Positions 54,953 through 64,000 of a stretch of DNA of 64,000 nucleotides are shown piece after piece. The notes beneath the pieces were generated by a model, which made no database searches, was not told the DNA's origin, and was given only the letters and a program-made list of their open reading frames with translations. This stretch comes from Alphaproteobacteria bacterium. GTDB taxonomy: Bacteria; Pseudomonadota; Alphaproteobacteria; SHVW01. The translations under genes and the position numbers were made by a program. Every line of letters starts with the position of its first letter. Within the stretch, counting starts at the first letter, position 1. The stretch covers positions 3,904-67,903 of the forward strand of contig VGDO01000001.1 in NCBI GenBank assembly GCA_016869645.1. The letters are read 5' to 3'.

Positions 54953-55738
54953 ATGGCCGAGCCTGCCCGCCCCAAACCTGCCCGCAAGGTTGCGATCGTC
55001 ACCGGCGGCGCGCGCGGCATTGGCCGCGGCTGCGCCCTGGCGCTCGCCGACAAAGGCTTCGACGTGGCGCTCGTCGACCTGCTGGCGCCCGAGATGGAGC
55101 GCACGGCGGGCGAACTGCGCGCCAAGGGTCGTCAGGCCCTGATCTTCGAGGCGGACGTCGCCGGCCATCTGCGCGCGCGCGAGATCGTGACCGCGGTCAA
55201 AGCGGAATGGGGCCGCATCGATTTCCTGCTCAACAATGCCGGCAAGTCGATGCCCAAGGGCATTCTCGAATGCTCCGAGGAGGAGTTCGACCGCACGATC
55301 GATATCAACCTGAAAAGCTGCTTCAACTACATCCAGGCCGTGGCACCGATCATGCTGGCGCAGGGCTCGGAGCCCGGCACGGGTGGGCGGATCGCCAGCA
55401 TGTCCTCGCTCAACGCTTTCACCGGTGGCGTGACCAGCGCGGTCAGCAAGTTTGCCTATGCCGCGGCCAAGGCCGGCATCCTCGGCCTGACGCGCGCGCT
55501 CGCCAAGGAGCTCGGACCCTCCATCGCCATCAACGCGATCTGCCCCGGCGTGATCAAGACCGAGCTCGGCAATGCGCTGACGCGCGCGCGCGAGCCGGAG
55601 CTGATCAAGGGCATCGCGCTCGGCCGGCTCGGCAGCCCGGCCGATGTCGGCCAGCTCGTCGCCTTCCTTGCGACGGTCGAGCCCAACTTCATCACCGGCC
55701 AGGCCTTCCAGATCGACGGCTTCCAGTGGGTGATCTGA
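54953..55738 (+). CDS. SDR-family oxidoreductase
   Basis: ATG 54953 after GGAG; TGGARGIG, NNAG, YAAAK catalytic. Confidence 0.8.
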   Translation: MAEPARPKPARKVAIVTGGARGIGRGCALALADKGFDVALVDLLAPEMERTAGELRAKGRQALIFEADVAGHLRAREIVTAVKAEWGRIDFLLNNAGKSMPKGILECSEEEFDRTIDINLKSCFNYIQAVAPIMLAQGSEPGTGGRIASMSSLNAFTGGVTSAVSKFAYAAAKAGILGLTRALAKELGPSIAINAICPGVIKTELGNALTRAREPELIKGIALGRLGSPADVGQLVAFLATVEPNFITGQAFQIDGFQWVI

Positions 55739-55763
55739 ACGGCGCTGCGCCTGGCCCTCGGCC

Positions 55764-56975
55764 ATGAGCATCACCACGCGCCATCCCTGGTTCTGGCCGC
55801 TGGTCGTCACCGCGTTGATGCAGACGGAGTCGGCCTATCTGTCGCGCGCCATTCCCGTGGTCGGCCCGGTCATTACCGAGGCTGCCGGCGTCGGCCCGGA
55901 ATACATCGGCTACCTCACCTCGATGATCTCGCTCGGCACCATGTGGTTCCTGATGGCGGGCGGGCCGATGCTGCGCCGCCTGGGTCCGACGCGCCTGCTG
56001 CAATGCGGCGCCATCACCGGTGCCCTCGCCACCCTCGCCATCACCACGGGCAACATGCCCATGCTGCTGCTGGGTGCCCTTTTCATCGGCGTCGGCTACG
56101 GCCCCTCGCCGCCGGCCGGCAGCGATATCCTGTCGCGCAACTCGCCGCCCGGCGCGCGCAGCCTGATCTTCTCGATCAAGCAATCGGCCGTGCCGCTCGG
56201 CGGCGCGCTTGCCGGCCTCATCGTGCCGACGCTGACCATCGCCTATGACTGGCGCATCGCCATGGTCGTGTCGGCGCTGCTTGCCTTCGCCTGCGCGCTG
56301 GCCGTGCAGCCGCTGCGCGCCGGTATCGACGTCACGCGCAATTCCGAGGGCTCGCTCGGCCTCGCCGGCTTTCTGTCGCCGCGCAGCCTGGCCGCTCCTT
56401 TCCGTGCCATGCGCCTCTCGCCACTGCTCTGGCCGCTGAGCTATGTCGGCAGTTGCTTCGCCGTGGTGCAGGGCTGCCTGTTCGCCTTCCACGTCACCTA
56501 TCTCACGACCGAGCTCGGTTTCAGCCTTGCCGTCGCGGGCTTCGTGTTCGCGACCATGCAGATCATCGGCGTCTTCGCCCGTGTCATCATGGGCTGGGTC
56601 GCCGACCGTCTCGGCTCGGCCCTGCGCGCGCTGCTGCTGCTGTCGGGTGCATCGGCGACGATGGCGCTAGCGACCGCCGCCATCGGATCCGCCTGGCCGG
56701 TCTGGCTGGTGACGGCGGTCGCGGCCGTCACCGGCTTCGCTGCGGCGAGCTGGAACGGCGTCTATCTCTCCGAGGTGGCGCACGTGGTCGGCTCCGAGCA
56801 TGTCGGCGACGCCACCTCGGGGTCGACCTTCTTCACCTTCATCGGCTACGTGGTCGGCACTTCGGCCTTCGCCACCGCCGTTGCAGTCAACGGCAGCTAT
56901 GCGCTGACCTTTGCGATCATCGCGGCCATGCCGGTCAGTGCTGGCTTCGTCCTGCTGCGCCTCGTGCGGCGCTAG
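55764..56975 (+). CDS. MFS transporter
   Basis: 403 aa, about 12 TM helices. Confidence 0.7.
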   Translation: MSITTRHPWFWPLVVTALMQTESAYLSRAIPVVGPVITEAAGVGPEYIGYLTSMISLGTMWFLMAGGPMLRRLGPTRLLQCGAITGALATLAITTGNMPMLLLGALFIGVGYGPSPPAGSDILSRNSPPGARSLIFSIKQSAVPLGGALAGLIVPTLTIAYDWRIAMVVSALLAFACALAVQPLRAGIDVTRNSEGSLGLAGFLSPRSLAAPFRAMRLSPLLWPLSYVGSCFAVVQGCLFAFHVTYLTTELGFSLAVAGFVFATMQIIGVFARVIMGWVADRLGSALRALLLLSGASATMALATAAIGSAWPVWLVTAVAAVTGFAAASWNGVYLSEVAHVVGSEHVGDATSGSTFFTFIGYVVGTSAFATAVAVNGSYALTFAIIAAMPVSAGFVLLRLVRR

Positions 56976-57030
56976 CGCGAATGCGCACCCAATCCACAAC
57001 TATGCATCAACTCAGGAGCTTGACGTCATC

Positions 57031-57441
57031 ATGAAGATCACTGAACAGCAAACACGCGCCATCATCGACGCCGCCACCGCCGAGGCCCGTCGCATGGGCA
57101 AGTCGATCAGCGTCGCCGTGGTCGACGCCGGCGGCTACATGCTCGGCCTGCTTCGCATGGAGGGATGCGGCTTCCTGTCGCCGCAAATCGCCGAGGCGAA
57201 AGCGTTCAGCGCCGCGGCCATGCGCCGTTCCATCGCCGACATCGCCGAGCGCGCGCGCCAGCGTCCGGAAACCTGGAATGCATTCACGAATATCGGCCGG
57301 ACCAAGCTGATCCCCGGCCTGGGCGGCCTGCCGATCCGGGTCAACGACGAAGTGGTCGGCGCGGTCGGTGTCAGCGGTGCCACCGCCGAGGAGGACGAGG
57401 CGATCTGCCAGGCCGCGATCGTCACCGTGACGAAGAGCTGA
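57031..57441 (+). CDS. GlcG/HbpS-like (DUF336) heme-binding-type protein
   Basis: ATG 57031; 136 aa; ...AVVDAGGYMLGLLRMEG...VGAVGVSGAT... pattern. Confidence 0.55.
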   Translation: MKITEQQTRAIIDAATAEARRMGKSISVAVVDAGGYMLGLLRMEGCGFLSPQIAEAKAFSAAAMRRSIADIAERARQRPETWNAFTNIGRTKLIPGLGGLPIRVNDEVVGAVGVSGATAEEDEAICQAAIVTVTKS

Positions 57442-57448
57442 GCGCTGC

Positions 57449-58696
57449 TCAATAGGTCGCCTTGATCGTCGCCTTGGTCTTGGGCTCCTGACGCACCACG
57501 CCGACCGCCGCGCGCAGGTCGGCGAGATAGGCTTCGCGCCCGACCTCGTGGAACATCGACATCATTTGGTGCATGGCTGGCGGCTTGCGCACCAGGCCGG
57601 GAACCCAGCCCTTGCCGGACATCACCTCGGCGACGCGGAAGATATCAACCTCCTCCGAGCCGAAGGTGAGGATCGAGACATGCGGCTTGCCCCAGACGTG
57701 CAGACCCTCGATCTCGTTGATGCCTTTGACATAGTTGTCGCGCATCGTCATCAAGTTGCGCGCGATCTCGCAGTAACCGGAGACGCCGAGGAACTGCATG
57801 GTCGCCCAGGCGGCCGCGACGGCGCCGCCCGGCCGCGTGCCGGTCAAGGTCGGCGTCGAGAACAGCCCGTTCGGCCAATCATCGATGTTGAAGACCTGGT
57901 ACTTCGCCTGCTCGGGATCGCGGTAGAACACGGTCGAGGCCGGCTTCGGGCAGAACCCGAACTTGTGCAGATCGGCCGAGATCGAGCTGACGCCGGGCAC
58001 CACGAAGTCGAAGTCCGGCACGGGGTAACCGATCATGCGCACGAAGGGTGCCACATAGCCGCCGACGCAGGCGTCGACGTGGAGCCAGATGCCCAGGCGC
58101 TGCGCGATCTCGCCGATCTCCGCAATGGGATCGATCACGCCATGGGGAAAGCAGGGAGCCGAGCCGACCAGCAGGATGGTGTCGTCATCGACGGCCGCCG
58201 CCATGGCCGCCGGGTCGGCACGCAGATCGGCCGCCAGCGGGATACGCCGGACCTCGATGTCCATCGTCCGGGCCGCCTTGGTGAACGCCGGATGCGCCGA
58301 GAATGGAATCACCATGTTGCCGGTGTGGCGCGCGCTTTTGCGCCGCGCGCGATTCCACTCGCGGCAGGCGCGCACGGCCATGAAGATGCTTTCCGAGCCG
58401 CCGGTCGTCATGTTGCCGACCGCGCCTTCGGGTCCGTGGAACAGGTCGAGCGCCATGGCGACAACCTCGTCCTCCATGCGCTTCAGGCTGCCGAAGGCGC
58501 GCTTGGCGCCGAGCGCATTCTCCGCGAAAAACTCGAAGAACGCGTCGCGCCCGACCGCGGTCACATCGTCATTGGCCTTGAACACATAAAGCGGCACCCG
58601 GCCGTGACGCCAGTCGGCATCGCTCTTGGCCATGTCGCGCATCTGATCGAACACGGCCTGACGGCCTCGGCCCTGCTCCGGCAGCTTGGTGCGCAT
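57449..58696 (-). CDS. PLP-dependent decarboxylase (group II / glutamate-decarboxylase-SPL-like fold-type I)
   Basis: 415 aa; ...SADLHKFGFCPKPAS... PLP-lysine region. Confidence 0.65.
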   Translation of the reverse strand: MRTKLPEQGRGRQAVFDQMRDMAKSDADWRHGRVPLYVFKANDDVTAVGRDAFFEFFAENALGAKRAFGSLKRMEDEVVAMALDLFHGPEGAVGNMTTGGSESIFMAVRACREWNRARRKSARHTGNMVIPFSAHPAFTKAARTMDIEVRRIPLAADLRADPAAMAAAVDDDTILLVGSAPCFPHGVIDPIAEIGEIAQRLGIWLHVDACVGGYVAPFVRMIGYPVPDFDFVVPGVSSISADLHKFGFCPKPASTVFYRDPEQAKYQVFNIDDWPNGLFSTPTLTGTRPGGAVAAAWATMQFLGVSGYCEIARNLMTMRDNYVKGINEIEGLHVWGKPHVSILTFGSEEVDIFRVAEVMSGKGWVPGLVRKPPAMHQMMSMFHEVGREAYLADLRAAVGVVRQEPKTKATIKATY

Positions 58697-58767
58697 GCGC
58701 GACTCTCCCTTGCCTCGTATCGCTTCGTGACAAACGCTATCCTAACCAGCCCGGCTTGACGACGCAA

Positions 58768-59610
58768 ATGGCGCCTGCCTATGGTTTGTGCATGCGAAGA
58801 ACGGCGTTCTCCAGAGGCGAACGGGGATTGAGCGGCCTCGGCCACGGTCTCGACGCCCTGGAATTGCTGGCCACGCGCCGCGGCGACATGCCGCTCGGCG
58901 ACATCGCCCGGGCGTTGCGCATGTCCAAGCCCGGGACCCATCGCGTGCTGGCGACGCTTCGGCAGCGCGGCTATGTCGAGCATGAAGAGGGCGGCATCTA
59001 CCGTCTCGGCCTCAAGGCGTGGGAAGTCGGTTGCGCCGTGCCGGCGCTGGGCCTCGTCCAGACCGCGACGCCGGTCATGGAGCGGCTCACCCGAACCATC
59101 GAGGAAGGCACGATCCTCGGCGCGCTCGACGGCTTCGAAGTCGTCTATCTCCATCGCGTCGACGGCCCGGGCGCCATCCGCGTCCATGCCGAGATCGGCG
59201 CGCGCATCGCCGCGCACTGTACCTCCACGGGCCTGGCGCTGCTGGCGCACCTGCCGCCCGAGCGCCTCGAAGCGATCCTGCCGGAGCAGCTGCCGGCCAT
59301 CAGCGAGCAGACGATCACCTCGACCGAGACGCTCAAGCGCGAGCTGGTGCGCACACGGGCGCGCGGCTATGGCGTCAACCAGGGTGGCTGGCGCGCCGAT
59401 GTCGGCGGCGTTGCCGCGCCGATCTTCGGCACCGATGGTGTGGCCTTCGCCGCACTCTGCGTCGCTGCACCCCGCTTCCGCATGAACCGCGCGTGGTTCC
59501 GCCGCGTGCCGCCGGCGGTCGTCGCCGCAGCCGACCAGATCACGGCGCTGATCATGCGGGGTTCCTCCACCGCGCCGCGCCGCCGACGCAACGGAACCGA
59601 CCGTGCCTGA
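58768..59610 (+). CDS. IclR-family transcriptional regulator
   Basis: N-terminal wHTH (LGDIARALRMSKPGTHRVLATL), C-terminal IclR effector domain. ORF-track start 58756 is TTG; first ATG is 58768. Confidence 0.75.
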   Translation: MAPAYGLCMRRTAFSRGERGLSGLGHGLDALELLATRRGDMPLGDIARALRMSKPGTHRVLATLRQRGYVEHEEGGIYRLGLKAWEVGCAVPALGLVQTATPVMERLTRTIEEGTILGALDGFEVVYLHRVDGPGAIRVHAEIGARIAAHCTSTGLALLAHLPPERLEAILPEQLPAISEQTITSTETLKRELVRTRARGYGVNQGGWRADVGGVAAPIFGTDGVAFAALCVAAPRFRMNRAWFRRVPPAVVAAADQITALIMRGSSTAPRRRRNGTDRA

Positions 59611-61711
59611 CGCCGGCAGTCCCGCATCGTCGGGCGCGCGGGCCGCGAGCGGCTGGCGCATCGGCGTCGATATCGGCGGCACCTTCACCGATCTGGTTGC
59701 CGTCGATCCCTACGGCACGATTCACGTCTTCAAGGTGCCGTCCGTTCCCGCCGACCCGGCCGAAGGCGTGCTCGATGCGCTGGCGCGCGCCGCGCCTGCC
59801 GTCGGTCTCGGCGTGTCCGACCTGCTGCGCTCCTCGGCACTGGTCGCCCACGGCTCGACCATCGCCACCAACACGCTGCTGGAAAAGAAGGGTGCGCGGG
59901 TCGGCTGCCTGACCACCGACGGCTTCCGCGATAGTCTGGAGATTCGGCGCGGCATCCGCGAGAATCCGTGGGAGCATCGCGTTCCCTATCCCCCGGTCCT
60001 GGTGCCGCGCTATCTGCGCCGGCCGGTCGCGGGCCGCATCGATGCCGATGGCAGTGAGCTGGCGCCGCTGGCACTCGGCGATGTCGCCGACGCCGCCCGC
60101 CGCTTTCGCGACGAAGGCGTCGAGGCCGTCGCCATCTGCCTCTTCAACAGCTTCCTCGACCCCGAGCACGAGCAAAAGGCCGCCGACGAACTCGCCCGCC
60201 TGTGGGGCGGCGAGTGGATCACGCTGTCGAGCCGGCTGGCGCCGATCATGGGCGAGTACGAGCGCAGCTCGACGGCGGTGATGAACGCCTATGTCGCGCC
60301 ACGCACGGTCGGCTATTTGCGCGGGCTGAACGAGCGGCTGGCGGCGCTTGGTCTCAAGCGGCCGATCCTGCTGATCCAGAACAATGGCGGTGCCGTTTCG
60401 GTCGAGCAGGTCGCCGAGCGGCCGGTGACGCTGCTGCTGTCGGGACCTGCGGCCGGCGTCGGGGCGCTCGGCTACTACGCGCGCGCCATTGGCTCCGAGG
60501 ATCTGATCTCCATGGAGATCGGCGGCACGAGCTGCGATGTCATCCTGATGGCCGGCGGCAAGGTCGCGTTTACCGACCAGCTCGAGATCGACCGCTATCA
60601 TGTCGTCATCCCCTCGGTTGAGGTGCACACGATCGGCGCGGGCGGCGGCACGATCGCCGGCGTCGACGCGGCGGGGCTGCTGTTCGTCGGCCCGGGCGGC
60701 GCCGGCGCCGTGCCGGGACCGGCCTGCTATGGACGCGGCGGGTCAGCACCGACCATCACCGACGCTCAGCTCGTGCTCGGCCGGCTCAAGCCCGAGACCT
60801 ATGCCGGCGGCGCGATCAGGATCGATGCGGCGCTGGCCGAGCGCGCCGTCGACGAGGTCGTGGCAAAGCCGCTGAAGCTCAGCCGCGAAGCCGCCGCCGC
60901 GGGCATGATCCGCCTGATGGAGCAGAAGCTGCTCCATGCCGTGCAGCGCATCAGCATCGAGCGCGGCCATGACCCGCGGCGCTTCACGCTGGTCGCCTGC
61001 GGCGGCGCCGGCCCGCTCCACGGCGCCGAGGTCGGCCGCCGCCTCGGCTGCCGGCGCGTCTACGTGCCACGGCTCTCCGGTGCCTTCTGCGCGCTCGGCA
61101 TGCTGCACGCCGATGTGCGCCACGACTATGTCCGGGTCTGGCTCGACCGGCTCGACGGCGCCGATGTCGCGGGCATGTCGACGATCTTCGCCGAACTCAA
61201 GCAGCAGGCTACCGCGACGCTCGCGCGCGAAGGCTTCACGGGGGCCGAAACCCGCCTGACGCGCGCGCTCGACCTGCGCTACATCGGCCAGCAATGGGAC
61301 ATCACGGTTCCGATCGCCGCCGATAGTCATGATCCGCGCGCCATCCGCCGCGCCTTCGAGGCCGAGCATGACCGGCTGTTCGGCCACACGCAGCCCGACG
61401 GCACCATCGAGATCACCAAGCTGCGCGTGACCGGCATCGGCGCGCTGGCGCCCCTCGGCCTGCCGAAACCGGCGCGCGCGACCGGGGCACCGCAGCCGAT
61501 CGAGCGTCGGCGCGTCTGGCTCGACGACCGCACGGGCTGGGCCGAGACGCCCGTCTATGACGGCGCGCGCCTGGCTCCCGACCACGCCATCGATGGCCCC
61601 GCCGTCATCAACGAGGCGACCATGACCGTGCTGATCGGCACGGGCGACCGCCTCGACGTCGACGCGGCCGGCAATTTCATGATCACTCTGCGCCCGGAGC
61701 GTCCTCTATGA
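59603..61711 (+). CDS. hydantoinase/oxoprolinase A subunit (HyuA-like)
   Basis: RIGVDIGGTFTDLV N-terminus; start GTG 59603 or slightly downstream. Confidence 0.8.
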   Translation: MPDAGSPASSGARAASGWRIGVDIGGTFTDLVAVDPYGTIHVFKVPSVPADPAEGVLDALARAAPAVGLGVSDLLRSSALVAHGSTIATNTLLEKKGARVGCLTTDGFRDSLEIRRGIRENPWEHRVPYPPVLVPRYLRRPVAGRIDADGSELAPLALGDVADAARRFRDEGVEAVAICLFNSFLDPEHEQKAADELARLWGGEWITLSSRLAPIMGEYERSSTAVMNAYVAPRTVGYLRGLNERLAALGLKRPILLIQNNGGAVSVEQVAERPVTLLLSGPAAGVGALGYYARAIGSEDLISMEIGGTSCDVILMAGGKVAFTDQLEIDRYHVVIPSVEVHTIGAGGGTIAGVDAAGLLFVGPGGAGAVPGPACYGRGGSAPTITDAQLVLGRLKPETYAGGAIRIDAALAERAVDEVVAKPLKLSREAAAAGMIRLMEQKLLHAVQRISIERGHDPRRFTLVACGGAGPLHGAEVGRRLGCRRVYVPRLSGAFCALGMLHADVRHDYVRVWLDRLDGADVAGMSTIFAELKQQATATLAREGFTGAETRLTRALDLRYIGQQWDITVPIAADSHDPRAIRRAFEAEHDRLFGHTQPDGTIEITKLRVTGIGALAPLGLPKPARATGAPQPIERRRVWLDDRTGWAETPVYDGARLAPDHAIDGPAVINEATMTVLIGTGDRLDVDAAGNFMITLRPERPL

Positions 61712-63501
61712 GTCTCGACCCGGTCACTCTGGCGCTCGTGCAGAACCGCCTCGATCACGTGGCGCGCCAGATGGGCTGGGTGATGATCCGCACCTCGCGC
61801 AGCCCGATCTTCAATCAAAGCCACGACTTCTCCTGCTTCGTCACCGACGCCAACGGAACGCTGGTCTCCCAGGCTGACGGCATTCCGATCCACACCGGAG
61901 GCGGCGGCTTCGCCGTGCGCGCGCTGCTCAAGGCCTTCGCCGGCCGCATCGGTCGCGACGATGCCTTCCTGCTCAACGACCCCTACGTCGCCGGCGGCAA
62001 CCACCTGCCCGACTGGGTGATCGCGCGACCGGTTTTCGCGCGCGGAAGCCTGTTCGGCTTTTGCTGCAATCGCGCGCATCAGTCCGACATCGGCGGCGGC
62101 GCTGCCGGCACCTACAACCCGACGGCGACCGAGATCTTCCACGAGGGGATTCGCCTGCCGCCGCTCAAGCTGGTCGAGGGCGGTACGACGCGCGACGATC
62201 TCTGGCAGCTTCTGATGATCAACACGCGCTGCCCCGATCTGCTCGACGGCGATCTTCGCGCCATGCTCGGCTCGACCCGCATCGGCGCCGAGCAGGTCGC
62301 CGAGCTGGTCGAGGATCTCGGCCCCGAGCAGGCGAGCCGCTATTTCGAGGGCATTCTCGATCATGGCGACCGGCGCCTGCGCGCGATCCTCGCCGACCTG
62401 CCCGACGGCACGTACCGCGCCGAAGAGAAGTTCGACAATGACTGCTTCGACCCGGCAGACATTCGCATCAAGGTGATGCTGACCATTGCAGGCGATCGCC
62501 TGAAGGTCGACTTCACCGGCACGGGCGGGCAGATCAAGGGCTTCAAGAACAGCTCGCTCGCCAACACCTATTCGGCGGTCTACGCGGCGATCGCATCGTT
62601 CTTCGACACGGATGTGCCGCGCAACGAAGGCACGTTCCGTGCGGTCGAGATCGTGGCGCCCGAAGGGTCGCTGGTCAACGCGAAGCCGCCGGCGCCGCTC
62701 ACCATGTGCACGGTCTTCCCTGCGCACGAAATCATGCATTGCTGCTGGTGGGCGCTCGGGCAGGCCAACCCGCGGCGCAATTGCGCGGGCTGGGGCAAGA
62801 ACACCTTCCCGGTCACAGCCGGCACGGCGCCCGACGGGCGCACCTGGGTCATGTACAACTGGGGCGGAAATTCGGGCGCCGGCGCAGTCCACGGGCGCGA
62901 CGGTTTCAACCAGATGGGCCCGATGATCACATTGGGCGGTCTGGTCATCCCCAATGCCGAGACCTATGAGCAGCTCTATCCCGTGCGCGTCCATCGTCAC
63001 GAGTTGCGCGGCGACGCGGCCGGTGCCGGCAAGTGGCGCGGGGGCACCGGCGTCGATTATGACGTGGAGGTCAAGTCGCCGGCCGAGCATTCCTTCCGCG
63101 GCGAAGGCATGAGCCGGCCGACCGGCATCGGTGTCGAGGGCGGCAGCGACGGCCTCGCCGCCACGGTCACGGTCGCCACCCAGGGCGGCGAGTCGCGTAC
63201 GCCGCCGCCCTACGGTATCTGGCGCATCGGACCGTCGCGCCTGCGCATCTCCTCCCCTGCCGGCGGCGGCTACGGCGATCCGCTGGAACGCGCCCCTGAG
63301 CAGGTGCTGCGCGACGTGCGTGACGAGCTGGTCAGCGCCCATCTCGCCCGCGAGATCTACGGTGTGGTTGTCGCCGCGGATGGCCGCAGCATCGACGCTG
63401 CCGCGACCGAGGCGGCGCGTCGCGCCCTGCGCCAGTCCCGCGAGCAATCGGCGCGGACGGCACCGGCGGGCGCGCGCGTTCCTGCGGGCGTACCGGCATG
63501 A
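61708..63501 (+). CDS. hydantoinase B/oxoprolinase subunit (HyuB-like)
   Basis: 597 aa; ATGA overlap with HyuA. Confidence 0.8.
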   Translation: MSLDPVTLALVQNRLDHVARQMGWVMIRTSRSPIFNQSHDFSCFVTDANGTLVSQADGIPIHTGGGGFAVRALLKAFAGRIGRDDAFLLNDPYVAGGNHLPDWVIARPVFARGSLFGFCCNRAHQSDIGGGAAGTYNPTATEIFHEGIRLPPLKLVEGGTTRDDLWQLLMINTRCPDLLDGDLRAMLGSTRIGAEQVAELVEDLGPEQASRYFEGILDHGDRRLRAILADLPDGTYRAEEKFDNDCFDPADIRIKVMLTIAGDRLKVDFTGTGGQIKGFKNSSLANTYSAVYAAIASFFDTDVPRNEGTFRAVEIVAPEGSLVNAKPPAPLTMCTVFPAHEIMHCCWWALGQANPRRNCAGWGKNTFPVTAGTAPDGRTWVMYNWGGNSGAGAVHGRDGFNQMGPMITLGGLVIPNAETYEQLYPVRVHRHELRGDAAGAGKWRGGTGVDYDVEVKSPAEHSFRGEGMSRPTGIGVEGGSDGLAATVTVATQGGESRTPPPYGIWRIGPSRLRISSPAGGGYGDPLERAPEQVLRDVRDELVSAHLAREIYGVVVAADGRSIDAAATEAARRALRQSREQSARTAPAGARVPAGVPA

Positions 63502-64000
63502 GCGCAAACGGCAGCACGAGCCGGGCCGCGCGCTTGGGCGAGATCGGCTGGCGTCTGCTGGTACCGGCCGGCCTGATTGCGCTGTGGTACGTCTTCACCG
63601 AGATCGTGCCGCTCTTCCATCACGTCATGCTGCCTTCGCCGCTGGCCGTCATCCGCATGCTTCAGCGCCTGGTTTCGAACGGTGAGCTGGCGCGGCACAT
63701 CGTTGCCAGCCTGGAGCGCATCCTCTACGCCAATCTCGGCGCGTTGGCGCTGGGCGTGCCGTTGGGCCTCGCGATGGGCCTCTATCGGCCGATCGACCGG
63801 CTGCTCGACGGCATCATCAGCATGTTCCGGCCGATCCCGCCGCTCGCCTGGGTGCCGCTGTCGATCCTCTGGCTCGGCATCGGCACGCTGTCCGTCGTGT
63901 TCATCACCTTCCTTGCCGCCTTCTTCGCGGTCCTGATCAACACGATCGCGGGCGCGCGCTCGGTCGAACGCCTGCATGTCCGTGCGGCGCTGTCCTTGGG
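63498..64000 (+). CDS. ABC permease, NitT/TauT family, 3' end outside window
   Basis: ATG 63498 in ATGA overlap with HyuB stop; translation MSANGSTSRAARLGEIGWRLLVPAGLIALWY... with TM helices; no stop before the window end. Confidence 0.6.
   Translation, partial: MSANGSTSRAARLGEIGWRLLVPAGLIALWYVFTEIVPLFHHVMLPSPLAVIRMLQRLVSNGELARHIVASLERILYANLGALALGVPLGLAMGLYRPIDRLLDGIISMFRPIPPLAWVPLSILWLGIGTLSVVFITFLAAFFAVLINTIAGARSVERLHVRAALSL

Noticed and set aside
53856-55810. 314-aa plus and 337-aa minus ORFs
   Set aside because: Antisense to DppA and to the SDR gene respectively.
58561-60628. 375-aa and 358-aa minus ORFs
   Set aside because: Antisense to the IclR and HyuA genes.
61555-63507. 650-aa minus ORF
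   Set aside because: Antisense to HyuB.
1-64000. CRISPR arrays, tRNA/rRNA genes, toxin-antitoxin or defence-system genes
   Set aside because: No direct-repeat/spacer periodicity, no cloverleaf-like or rRNA-like conserved stretches, and no nuclease/ATPase/TA-sized gene pairs seen. All long ORFs are metabolic or transport.

Overview
High-GC (Bradyrhizobium/Rhizobiales-like) chromosomal segment. It is a dense accessory-type catabolic region of about 60 protein genes with no rRNA, tRNA, CRISPR or recognisable defence genes. Transport: two PotABCD-type ABC importers (one with a fused PotB-PotC permease), two NitT/TauT-type importers (one cut by the window end), a complete DppABCDF-type operon, a TctC/Bug binding protein, an MFS transporter and a DMT transporter. 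Enzymes: two amidase-signature amidases, an MlrC-like / AstE-AspA / amidohydrolase cluster, a hydantoinase HyuA/HyuB pair, an LLM flavin monooxygenase and a PLP decarboxylase. Loci that stand out: (i) a minus-strand 6-gene operon (9789-15424) = HD-domain (PhnZ/MIOX-like) protein + Rieske oxygenase alpha subunit + DapA-family + three-subunit flavo-iron-sulfur dehydrogenase (FAD beta / 2Fe-2S gamma / FAD-NAD alpha). The last four genes match the D-hydroxyproline dehydrogenase + Pyr4H2C-deaminase module of (hydroxy)proline-betaine catabolism. The HD + Rieske pairing is unusual. (ii) A plus-strand 7-gene operon (23927-33454) = ADP-forming acyl-CoA synthetase, M20 deacylase, acyl-CoA dehydrogenase, family-III CoA-transferase, ornithine-cyclodeaminase-family protein, a ~597-aa glutamate-mutase-E-like protein fused to a cobalamin-binding (DxHxxG) domain, and a GST-like protein. 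This is a candidate undescribed B12-dependent carbon-skeleton rearrangement pathway. (iii) SDR + BKACE (3-keto-5-aminohexanoate-cleavage family) divergent from a hotdog thioesterase, a carnitine-cdhCAB-like module. (iv) A REP-associated tyrosine transposase (RAYT) flanked by inverted REP hairpins. (v) A duplicated ~100-bp dual-hairpin intergenic element in two divergent promoter regions. (vi) A triple G/C-rich hairpin mosaic element between dppA and dppB. (vii) A lower-GC patch (about 47.4-49.1 kb) with a PAS-like ORF broken by an in-frame TAA and a small ORF preceded by a perfect 14-bp palindrome. The supplied ORF track translates GTG/TTG starts as M, and many long opposite-strand ORFs are GC-driven artefacts. 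Product calls rest on recognisable family motifs read by eye, with no database search run.
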